Positions 27,310 through 39,735 of a DNA stretch of 64,000 nt are shown in pieces; position 1 is the first letter of the stretch; each line of letters begins with the position of its first letter. Under the pieces are notes generated by a model. It was given only the letters and a program-made list of their open reading frames with translations, was not told the origin of the DNA and ran no database searches. The stretch is from NCBI RefSeq assembly GCF_009914755.1, contig NC_060945.1; one strand, 5' to 3'. Source of the DNA: the human T2T-CHM13v2.0 reference genome, Homo sapiens. A program made the position numbers and the translations under genes.

Positions 27310-27730
27310 AAAAAAGAAAATGAAAAGAACAACTACAAACCAAATGGGATAAAATATTTTCAAATTATATATAATTCAAAATATGTAAATAATATATAAA
27401 CTGACTTCCCAATTTATTCTATGTATCAAATATTACACTGATATTAAAACCAGATGAAGACATTAGAAGAAAACTAGAGAAAATAACTTTAGCCAATATA
27501 GACGCAAAAATCCTCAAAAAAATCCTAGCAAACTGAATATAGCAATACATAAAAATATTTATACACCATGACCAAGTGGGGTGGCTATAATAAACAAGAG
27601 ACAATCAATCACAAGTGTTAGCAGGAATGTGGAGAAGCTGAAACAACCATATATTGCTTGTGAGAATATACAGTAATGCAGTCACTCTGGGAAACAGTTT
27701 GGCAGTTCCTCAAAATGCTAATCTTAGTTA
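27310..27730 (+). mobile_element. Old L1M fragments
   Basis: atagacgcaaaaatcctcaaaaaaatcctagcaaactgaat; gcagtcactctgggaaacagtttggcagttcctcaaaatgcta. Confidence 0.65.
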
Positions 27731-28254
27731 CCGTCTGTTTCTTTGGTTGAGTAGTGTTTTTGTGTGTTTAAACATATTTATGTTTAAAAGACAAGTTACT
27801 TAATGACATTTGATTTTACACTAGGTTCAAACAGTATTTGTAATTCATTGTGGATAAAATTTGCTATTACTAGAATGTTTTGTGATTTTTTATGCAAAAA
27901 TGCATTTCAAGTTCACCACACAGCTTAAATTTACATCATTAACTTACAGAATACAACTTTTAATGCATTTTATATTGCCTGCATACTGCCAGTACAAATT
28001 TTCCAGAAAGTGTTTCTAAAATTATTAATGTAAGTTATCAGATAGTCTAACTTAATCATGTAGAGGCATCAAAATTCATGTTATTTACAAAGTAGTCTAA
28101 TTTCCTCCAAAATACAAATATTAAATCAGTATATTATATTCAATAAAACTATAACCTCATGTTAGATCTCAAACTTTTATGTGTTTATATAAATATAGAA
28201 ACATATATATCTATATATCCTTTAGTTCTAGCATTAAATAAAGATAATTGCAGA

Positions 28255-30650
28255 AAGCCTTTCTGCTAAGATCTGGAACACAATAGGGATTCACACTGTC
28301 TCCACTGTTATTCAACATAGTACTGAAAGTCCTAGCCAATGCAATCAGACAAGATCAAGATATAACGGGAATCCAAACTGGAAAGGAAGAAATCAAATTA
28401 CCTTTGTTTGCAGATGATATGATCTTATATTTGGAAAAACCTTAAGGCTCTAAAAGAAAACTATTAGAACTGATAAACAAATTGAGTAAAGTCAAAGGAT
28501 ACAAAATCAACATACAAAAATTAGTTGCATTTCTATATACCAAAGTGAACAATGTGGAATGGAAATTTAAAAAGTAATCCCATTTACTGTAGCCACACAG
28601 AAAATTAAATACCTAGGAATTAACTTAGCCAAAGAAGTTAACGATTTGTTTAATGGAAACTATAAGACACTGAAGAAAGAAATTGAAGAAAACATTGAAA
28701 AAAATTGGAAAATAGTATATGTTCATGGATTGGAAGAATCAATATTGTTAAAATGTCCAACAATGTTCCAAAGCAATCTGCAAATTCAATGCAATCCTTA
28801 TCAAAATATCCATGACATTCTTCACAGAAATAGAAAAAAAATCCTAAAATTTATATAGAACCACAAAATACCCAGAATAGCCAATGCGGTTCTTGGTCAA
28901 AAGGTGCCAAGAACATACACTGGGGAAAAGGCAGTCTCTTCTTCAACAAATGGTGCCAGGAAAACCGGATATACACATGCAAAAGAATGAAACAAAATAC
29001 CAATGAAACCTTGGTATTTTGATAAGGATTGCATTGAATTTGTAGATTTATTTGGAACATTTTTGGACATTCTAACAATATTGATTCTTCCAATCCATGA
29101 GCATAGACTATTTTCCCATTTTTCAGTGTTTTCTTTCTTCAGTGTCTTATAGTTTCCATTATACAAATCGTTCACTTCTTTGGCTAAGTTAATCCCTATC
29201 TCTCACCATATACAGAAAGCAAATCAAAATGGATTAAACAATTAAATCTAAAACCTCAAACTATGAAACTACTACAACAAAACATTGGGGAAATTTCCAG
29301 GTTATTGGTCTGATCAAAGATTTCTTGAGCAATACTCCAGAAGCACAAGCAACCAAAGCATATATGAACAAATGAGATTACATCAAGTTAAAAAGCTTAA
29401 GCTTAAAAAGCTTTAAAAGCAGGAATATGGAGAAACTAGAACAACCATATATTGCTTGTGAGAATATACAGTAGTGCTGTAGTGTGCAGCAAAGGATACA
29501 ATCAACAAAGTGTAGAGACAACTCACAGAATGGAAGAAAAGATTTGCAGACCACCCATCTGAACAAGAGATTAATAACTGGAATATATAAATAGCTCAAA
29601 CAATTCCATAGGAAAAAATCTAATAACCTAATCAAAAATGGGCAAAAGATTTTGAATAGACATTTCTCAAAAGAAGACATACAAATGGAAAACAGGCATA
29701 CGAAAAGGTGCCCAACATCACTGATCGTCAGAGAAATGCCAATCAAAATTACAATAAGATATCATCTCACCCCAGTTAAAATGACTTATATGCAAAAGAC
29801 AGACAATAACAAATGCTGGCTAGGATGTGGAGAAAAAGAAACCCTTGAACACTGTTGGTGGCAATGTAAATTAGTACAACTACTATGGAGAACAGCTTGG
29901 AGATTCCTCAAAAATTAAAAACTGAGCTACCGTATAATCTAGTAATCCCACTGTTGGGTATATAAGCAAAATAAAGAAAATCAGTATGTTGAAGAGATGT
30001 TTGCACTTCTATGTTTGTTGTAGCGCTCTTTACAATAGCTAATATTTGGAAGCAATCTAAGTGACCATCAAGAGACAAATGGATAAACAAAATGTGGTAC
30101 ACATACACAACGGAATGCTATTCAATTATAAAAAAGAATGAGATCCATTCATTTGCAACAACATGGATAGAACTGGAGGTCATTAAGTGAAATAAGCCAA
30201 GCACAAAAAGCCAAACATTGCATGTCCTTCCTTAATTGTGGGATCTTAAAATCAAAACAATTGAACTCATGGACATAGAGTGTAGATGGATGGTTTCTAG
30301 AGGCTGGGAAGGGTAGTGAGGGGTTGGGGAAAAGTTTGGGATGGTTAATGGGTACAAAGAAAATAGGTAGAAAGAATGAATAAGACCTATTATTTGATAG
30401 CACAATAGGGTGACTACAGTCAATAATAATTGTAGATTTTAATATAACTTAAAGAGTGTGATTGTATTGCTTGCAACTCAAAAGATTAATGCTTGAGGGG
30501 ATGGATACACCATTCTCCATGATGTGCTTATTTCATATTGCATGTCTATATTAAAACATTTCGTGTTTTTCATGTTTTTCATCAAAACATTTAATTCATC
30601 CTATAAATACATACACCTACTATGTACTCACAAAAATTGAAAATAAAAAT
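28255..30650 (+). mobile_element. L1MA2/3-like 3' 2.4 kb with internal rearrangements
   Basis: RT motif tttgcagatgatatgatc (FADDMI), C-terminus [13 protein letters not shown]1MA 3'UTR (gcttgaggggatggatacaccattctccatgatgtgcttattt). Confidence 0.9.
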
Positions 30651-30715
30651 AATCATATATTTTTGTAGGTATATAAGCTCATGAAGTTATTTTAAAATCT
30701 ACAACTTATTGATTT

Positions 30716-31088
30716 ATACATATACACCATGGAATACTACACAACCACAGAAATGAATGAGATCATGTCTTTAAAGGGGTATGGCTGGAGCTGGAGGTCA
30801 GTAGTCTCAGAAACTCACAGGAACAGAAAACTAAATACCATATGTTCTCACTTATAAGTGGGAGCTAAGTAATGAAAATACATGGACACATAGTGGGGAG
30901 CAACACACACTGGGCTTATTGGAGGGTGGAGGATGGGAGGAGAGAGAGGATCAAGAAAAATAACTAATGGGTACTAGGCTTAATACCTGGGTGATAAATA
31001 ACCTGTACAACAAACCCTCATGACACAAGTTGCCTTATGTAACAAAACTACACATGTAGCCCTGAACTTAAAATAAAAGTTAAAAAAA
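30716..31088 (+). mobile_element. L1PA13-16-like 3' end
   Basis: aggatcaagaaaaataactaatgggtactaggcttaatacctgggtga...cctgaacttaaaataaaagttaaaaaaa. Confidence 0.88.
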
Positions 31089-31489
31089 GATAATTATACC
31101 TTTAAAAATTGTTATAAAATGATCAATAAAAGCTCTCGCCAGTTGCAATTGTTGCTAGAGTTCTTTAATCAATAGAACAAGAACTGTTGTACTTTATTAA
31201 ATACCAACATGGTAAAAGTTTATATTTTTATTGAGCCTTGCCACATAGACAAAGCATTCATACCAATCATCTCATTTGCTTCACTCAATATTCCTATGAG
31301 GCAGGGGTAGCATCTAATATTTTTATTTTCTACATAAAGAAGCAGTTTCACAGTAGTTTGACGATTTATCCAAATTCACCCCGTTACATTTTGGTGAACT
31401 GTGGAGGAGGGAGGATAACTGAACTGCCTTCTCTCAGATCTACATTGTGCCCATCTTTAGCTTTACTGCATTTTTCAGGAACTTACATT

Positions 31490-31887
31490 GTTTATGAAGC
31501 CCTTGGCGTCAGGTTTCCAGGTTGGATCTGAAACAGAAGGCTGGATGCAATGATTGTAATTCTAGAGGCAGGAGATAGGGCATTTCCCTTTCTCTCTTCT
31601 TCCTGTGATGTCTCTGGTTGTAGCTGCTTCCTCTGTGCCTCTAGCTCTTTTCTCCAGCCCATCACTCCTATTTACAAGCAGCTGGGAGGCAGCCATGATT
31701 TCTGGATTCCAATGGTAACAACACCTGCTCTCACTGACCTTCAGGTGTGACGTTAACAGCTTCCTTGTTGTTGCTGATTTCTGGGTGGCCCCGCTCTCAA
31801 GTCTTTTCCCCAATTCCTGTATCAAATAACCTCAGTTTGAAAAACCTAAAGTGGTTTTATTTTTCTGCCTAGATCTTAACTGCTATT
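31490..31887 (+). mobile_element. LTR33-like old ERVL LTR
   Basis: End sequence caattcctgtatcaaataacctcagtttgaaaaacctaaagtggttttatttttctg resembles the LTR33 3' end. Confidence 0.55.
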
Positions 31888-32129
31888 TGAAAATATACCA
31901 ATAAGCTTTCCATATTTCAAATTATTAATCTCAACCCAATGTTTCTATTTCATGAAATAGTGTTTTTCCATCATTTGCTTAGAATAAAAAATAGCTATAT
32001 TTTACTGTCCTTTATTCCTTCTGTATTACTGATGTATACTCTATGGGCTTACTACGATTGTGTTGTATTTGAGTTTCTTAAGGTGTTTTTCATTACATCC
32101 CTTTGATTATAATAAAAGTTAATGTGATA

Positions 32130-32335
32130 AACAAAATGGTCAATGTAGTGGTTAAGATAAAGGACAGAATATAATTCCTCTCTGCCTCTCAAAAGCTGTA
32201 GGAAGTTGAGTTACTTTGTCTCTCAGCTTGGTATTAATAGGAATAATAGTTCATATGACTGAGAATTATTGTGAAGAATGAATGAATGAATATGTGAAAA
32301 GCACATGATGTATTGCCTGTTACATAGCACTAATA
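32130..32335 (+). mobile_element. MIR
   Basis: gtagtggttaag...tctctcagc...ggaataatagt...tattgtgaagaatgaatga...gtgaaaagcac. Confidence 0.6.
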
Positions 32336-32352
32336 AAAAAGTAGAAATTTTT

Positions 32353-32682
<330 letters not shown>

Positions 32683-32996
32683 TTATTTGAGAATTTGGAG
32701 AAAACAGAAAACATAAAGATTATTGTGACTGACATAATTATGAATCTAGAACCATTTATTTTGGATTGTGAGAATTTAAATCGTTAATTAATGTATATGT
32801 GTACATGTATATAGTGTGTGTGTATATGGCTGCAAATAATATTTATGTAAACATATAGCATTATATAACGAAATTTTAATCCACTTTTGTAAAATCTTTC
32901 CATTTTAAACTTCAGGAATTTAAGAAAAAATAATATGCATCTAAAGTTTTAATACCTTAAAAAATACATTACTTGATTAAAACAAAATTAATTTCA

Positions 32997-33288
<292 letters not shown>

Positions 33289-33482
33289 TTAATTTCAAAG
33301 TGTTTGCAAAAAAAAGCATTTTACGAATGCCAAATGTATTACTGAAGAACAACAAAATAATTCAAGTAAAGGAGGATTTTACTACCTTGGATTTATTATA
33401 AGAAAATGCAAGGGTCTTCAGCTATGGAGAAAACCCTGGGAAATATAATAAATTAGACAATCTCTTTATGTAACTCTTTTGC

Positions 33483-33806
33483 TTTTTCTTTTCTTTTTTT
33501 TTTTTTTCTTTTTTTTTCTATTTTGAGACAGAGTTTTGCTCTCGTTGCCAGGCTGGAGTGCAATGGCGCGATCTCAGTTCACTGCAACCTCTGCCTCCCC
33601 GGGTTCAAGCGATTCTCCTGCCTCAGCCTCCCGAGTAGCTGGGATTACAGGGATGTGCCACCAAGCCTGGCTAATTTTGTATTTTTAGTAGAGATGGGGT
33701 TTCTCCATGTTGGTCAGGCTGGTCTTGAACTCCCGATCTCAGATGATCGGCCCGCCTCGGCCTCCCAAAGTCCTGGCATTACAGGCGTGAGCCACCACGC
33801 CCGGTC
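33483..33806 (-). mobile_element. AluSp/Sq, full length
   Basis: gagttttgctctcgttgcc...tttctccatgttggtcaggctggtcttgaactcccga; TSD tatgtaa(c/t)tctttt. Confidence 0.93.
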
Positions 33807-36069
33807 CTATGTAATTCTTTTGCTAGATGAGCTAGATTAGTGCATAATAGTGATGATTTGGTTATTTCTGAAGTACTGCTTCTTTTGTCTGTTCCAGTGT
33901 TGTGTCATAGAAGATCCTTTGACAACCATTTGCAGAAAGTTCTTTAAAACAACAACAACAACAACAACACTGAAAATGGCACTTGGGAAAAGATGCCTTT
34001 TATCTAAGGCTGGAGAGAAAGAAAAGTCCAAGAACATGGCAGAATAAAACAGAGGCTTAGGGACAAGTCTACAGATGGAATCAGCCAGAAGCAAATTCTA
34101 TTCTTCCTGCATCAAATACAAAAGAAAGTAAAAGTGATGAAGCCAAGGATCTATACAACTATGAAAATTCATAGTAATTGCAGGAACTATCCCAAAAAGC
34201 AAACTTGAAAGCAACTTCAAGTTCTGAATGACAAAATTTAGCAGTCAATTGGGACACTGAATTAATAAAAGATTTATATTATGCAAGCTACAGCTGACGT
34301 CCACATTGTAGAAACAAGCGCTCTCTTCTGACTCGTTCCAAGTATACATTATTTTTAAATCATGTCTTAAAATTTAGCCAAAATGGAACTCGAGAGAGCA
34401 TTATGTAAATCTCACTTCTTGTTTCAATTCCCTCAAAAGTCCCTAGGTCCCATATCAGTAAAGGCTACATATGTGGAATAAGGTTTATAATGTATATAAA
34501 ACAGAAACCTTCACTGTAACAATAGAACAATAGTCATCCTTGATTTGCTGCTTTATAACCTACCTACTACGTTTATGCAGGGTTACAGCGGGGCTCTGTA
34601 AATAATCCCACAAACTCCAAGGAGTACGAGTCTTTGTGTGGAATTCAAGATGTTAATTTTTTCTTTTCTAACTAAATTAACTCCACATGTTTTTTGCTGC
34701 AACTAATCTCTTTCCTGTGGAATTAGGCATGGTCTGACTCATTATTTACTTTTTGAACATGACAATTTACTCCAGAGTAGTCCTCATTTCACATAGCCTC
34801 AGGCTCCTAGGCCATTTATGTGCACCCAGCATTATTGCTGATCTTTGTAGTTAAGATGTGGATTCTGGAAGGAAATCATAAGACCACCAATATCCAGACT
34901 AATGCAACTCGGCCAGCCATCTCGTCAATGGCAGGCTTTAGATAGTATGTGTCTGGGGAGAAATAATTTCTAAGGTGTCTACAGAACTTTAGGACTGATA
35001 AAGTTCTCCCAAACATTCCTAAAATGAGTAAGATTTATATTAATTGAGACTGTCCTAAACATCAGACCTTTATCCTTACTTACGATATTGGTAATCCTAA
35101 CAATGATAAGGTGGAAAATATAACCCATTTTCAACATGAAGAGACACTCATACAGCTAATAAGTAACAGAGCAGAGATTCAAAACCAGCTTCTTTGACGC
35201 CAAAGCCAATGCTTTGAAATGAAGCATTTCCATCATTTCTTTTCAAAGTAGCCTGTGGCAGAGACAAGCAGAGATCACTGTGACCCCTCAGAGTTATAAA
35301 CCAAAGCTCATAAAAATAAATTGACTTATTAAGGCCTCAGAGCTTAGAGATAGAATCTGATCCACAGCCTGACTATAAGGATTCTCTGTGCTGTGCTTAT
35401 TTATTTTTTCCACCATTAAATTTACTTAAATCATTTAGCTGAAGGTCCAACTTAGGACACTATGAAGTGTTCTTAGGTAGAGAGGAAGGATAGTGGAAGG
35501 GAGAGAGAAAGGAGACGAGAGGTGAAACATGAATTTTTTAAGTGAAGAATCTATGTGCTATTTGTTTTGTATCCATAACACCGTAACATTCATAGTAGGT
35601 AGCATGGTGTCCTGAACATAGCGACAATAGACATTTAATGACTATATAAGTTAGGTGAATAAAAATAAGAACCCGTTTGTAATTTTTTTCATCTATTTGT
35701 TTTCATAATAAAGACCTCATTTTTTATTATGATGATTGCCTGAATATCTGTATACCTTGGTTTAGTTCTGCCCCACCTTTAATTTCAGCTGTGTCACAGT
35801 GAATTGCTTTCACCTTCCTGAACTTGATTTTTCTCATGAATATAATATAGAAGTTAGATTAATTAAGTTTAAAATGCTTTCAAACTAAGGTGTATCTGAC
35901 ATAGACAATCTTTTTCAAAAAATGTTTCGTCGTAGGATGACAATCTGGTAGTGAAATTTCCAGCCATATGCAGATATTGATTATATTATATGTGATCTCA
36001 AACGTTTCCAGCAACTTGGTACAAGATAGCAACAAAACTTCTGATGTTCTTAATATTTGCTAAGCACCT

Positions 36070-36650
36070 GTTTATTTTTCATTTATTCTTTATTTCAGCA
36101 AGGAATTATTGAAAGACCCCTATGTGAAAGTGCTGGATTAGAAGAATTTCAAGACAACAATGACTGGTGTTCTGAATTACACACAAGATGCCACAGAAGG
36201 GAAAAAGATGTGTTTAATGATATTTCTCATTCAACAGGATAGATAACATTTGGACTTGAAGGGAGAGTAGCTGTTCTCTTGCAGCAGGTAGCAAGAGCTG
36301 GCCAGCCAAAAGGGCAGCATGTCATGATAACTTTGGGGGATACCAAATTTCTCAGTATAGCCAGTGCAGAGGGGGTTAATGAGGGTAGAGCAGATAATGC
36401 TGAGCAGGTAGGCAGGCCCAAGGCCTAAAGGATCCTCTACACCACTCTCAGTTTTTCTATCATATTGTGGGTTATAAGCAATTACTTAAGAACTTTTGGA
36501 AGATGAGTGACATAATTATATTTACATTTTGAAAAATCAATATGGCAGTCAGTGGAGGGATGAGGAATGGCAAAGTGGAAAGGAACCCAGTCGTTGAGAT
36601 AGATAAGGTGGGAAAACCTGAAGGTCTCAACTGAGATTGTCACTTAGGCA
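36070..36650 (-). mobile_element. LINE-2 fragment
   Basis: ttcatttattctttatttcagcaaggaattattgaaagacccctatgtg...tttacattttgaaaaatcaatatggcag. Confidence 0.55.
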
Positions 36651-37971
36651 CAGGAATGATGCATGAGACTTTCTGCCATACTCAACCTGATCCAAGCTTC
36701 CCGTCAGGTGTCATACCAAAGAATAGCCTGGTATGTTTTACATTAAAATACATTTTCTGAAACAAAAGAAAACGTGAGAAAAGCCCAATGTGTGAGTAGG
36801 TAACAACTAATCAAGTAATTAAACCAAGGCTTTGAGAAAATATCACCATGCCATCGTCTGGATGACAAGAATGTGGTTGCAGATACCTTAAGTCAGAGTG
36901 AAAAGTATGGAATACTGGATTGGCAAGGAACAAACTCGGAAAATATACTTCTCTAAAAATAGACGCATTGTTCCTTATTTGCTGGGTCCTTTAGGTACTA
37001 CTTGATTTGGAAGGAAAGAAATAGATGTGTTGCATATTCTTACAGATATTTTTTTAATGTAAATAGATTTTTCTTCATATTAGGGGAATGTATTTGGATT
37101 TGAAATTCAAATACATTTTCAAATTTGTGCCTGAACCATCATCCATCTGGTTCTCCTCCTCACACCCACCACACACCTACCTCTGTATCTCTCTCTTAAT
37201 GTTTTTATTTCATTGCTTTTCTGCCCAATGGATCAGAACCTCTAGAACCATACATAAATAAAAGATCTAGAGCCTGCCTTAACCGTGGTTTTCCCCACCT
37301 CCTATAATGCCTTTGCAGTTGTTCCAGAAGCTGCTATTAGTAACCCCCTCCCCACAAACCGTTGTAATTTCTCTGCTATAAGAAACTTATGAGCATCCAT
37401 ATCTTTGCTCTGGATCAGAACAGATATGTTGATAAACATTTCAATAATTAAAAAATGTAATTTTATCAGAAATAAAAAAAAATCATGCAGGTGAAAGAAA
37501 GGCAGATAAATAAGACACAAGAAATGATTGTGTCTATCATGAAGAAGTAGTGATCTGTGTCAGGAGAAAAACACACCATTCCCATACTTTATTTTGCCCA
37601 CAAAGTGAATTTGACACACTTAAATGTGTCAAATGTGCATTTGACTATAGTGCAAATGCACTATAAATGTGCATTTGACACACTTAGTTTGACTACATAT
37701 AATGGATTAGATAAAAAGAGGTAGTTTTCTAAGTACAAAGTAGAAACCATGATTTCTTTAAACTGGGTATAAATTGGAAAAAAAAATACTCAACAGAGTG
37801 TTGTGGTGTATCATTAATATTTTAGGAAATTTCTAATATTAAACTATTTCTAGTTTTAAGAAGTTTAGACACAGAAAAACAATACATATTTATATAATAT
37901 CTTTTCAAAGTATTTCATCAATATTTTAATCTCGTTAACTTTTCTCCCACTTTCTTAAGAATCAAAATTCC

Positions 37972-38410
37972 TTTTTAACTTTAATTCGAGTTCATGGGTA
38001 CATGTGCAGGTTGGTTATATACGTAAACTTGTTATGTATGTAAACTTGTGTCACGGGGGGTTGTTGAACAGATTATTTCAACTGTTGGTACTAAGCCTAG
38101 TACCAACAGTTATTTTTCTTGATCCTCTCTCCCTCCTCCTACCCTCCACCTTCTGATAGGACCCAGTGTGTGTTGCTCCCATCTATGTGTCCATGTGTTC
38201 TTAGGATTTAGCTCCCACTTATAAATGAGAACATGTGGTATTTGGTTTTCTGTTCCTGCATTAGTTTGCTAATGATAATGACCTCCAGCTCCATCTATGT
38301 CCCTGCAAAGGACACCATCTCATTACTTTTATGGCTACATGGTATTCCATGGTATATATATGTAGCACTTTTTTTTATTTAGTCTATCATTGATGGGCAT
38401 TTAGGTTGAT
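37972..38410 (-). mobile_element. L1PA13-16-like 3' end
   Basis: gggtacatgtgcaggttggttatat...tttagctcccacttataaatgagaacatgtggtatttgg; flanking repeat agaatcaaaa(t/c)tc. Confidence 0.88.
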
Positions 38411-38696
38411 TAGAATCAAAACTCTTAACTAACATTACTCATTTCTCTCTTTGAGGTTAGCATTTCAAAAGGTTTTGGCCAATTTTCTTTTCAAAATAAT
38501 AATGTTTGTCTATAAGTTCCTCAAGCCCTCTAACATCTTTTTAAATCTATAAATGCCTTTCAGTGTATTTTCATGCCTTTTCTAATGAGATTCAGACTTT
38601 GAAAAAAGATTCCTGTTGGTATCAAAACAAACCTAAATAAAAGTATTCTCTTTCATTATTTTATGATGATTCTAAAATTATATCTATTTTACTTAC

Positions 38697-38836
38697 CATC
38701 ATTTTGCTTGATAATGCCCAGCTGATTTGATTATCATTTCTTGTCACAGGTAGAACTCTGAGGGCATAACCATATTTTATGCTCATTCCTCATTTTAAGT
38801 TGGTTATTTTCATCAAGCACTATGAGTTTAATCACT
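38697..38836 (-). ncRNA. Candidate 140-nt exon
   Basis: Minus-strand acceptor ctcatctattaccttacttcAG and donor ATG|GTAAGT. Confidence 0.3.
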
Positions 38837-39010
38837 CTGAAGTAAGGTAATAGATGAGTTTACTGAAAACACAATTCATTTCCTAATTTTGCTGGCCAAA
38901 CGATACTACTCCATGTTCATAAACATGAAACTCTTCAAGGGATCTGCTTCAAGGGGAGGCAAGATGAATGTGCTCTTGGGAGTAGGACATTTAGAGATAC
39001 GGTAAATTAC

Positions 39011-39119
39011 CTTGTCTAGGCACTGGCCAAGTGGTGCTGTGGAAAATCTCCAGGACATCTCAGCTGCATGAGCTAATTTGTCTCCCATGGACTTGTCTCT
39101 CAATGGCTTGGCTGTGGGC
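39011..39119 (-). ncRNA. Candidate 109/112-nt exon (tandem TAGTAG acceptor)
   Basis: Minus-strand acceptor caatttcttttttcctttAGtAG, GC-richer body, donor AAG|GTAATT. Confidence 0.45.
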
Positions 39120-39429
39120 CTACTAAAGGAAAAAAGAAATTGTGTTTTTTACCTTCTCTAAAAATTGCACATTATTTGCACTTTTGAAATCTCATTTTGT
39201 TTCCATTCAGTGGTTATCAAAATTATTAACAAAAGCCAGATGACAATATTAATCATATTAAAGACTGTGTTTAATTTATATTTATAATGCTCATATAATG
39301 TCATAATGTTCTATGACTATACTACATAGGCCTCCTACAGATGATCAAATCTTTAGGTGAAATGTTTATTTTTTGTTTGTTTATGAACTGTCAATAGCCA
39401 TCCATGTGCTGTTAAAGATAAAGGTTTTG

Positions 39430-39735
<306 letters not shown>

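Noticed and set aside
33875-34050. Plus-strand acceptor followed by (AAC)7 and AATAAA, a possible terminal exon
   Set aside because: No convincing upstream donor; such motifs are frequent in AT-rich DNA
38906-39103. 65-aa ORF overlapping a candidate exon as a protein-coding gene
   Set aside because: Starts at a non-ATG codon, has no recognisable domain, and no frame continuity with the upstream candidate exon
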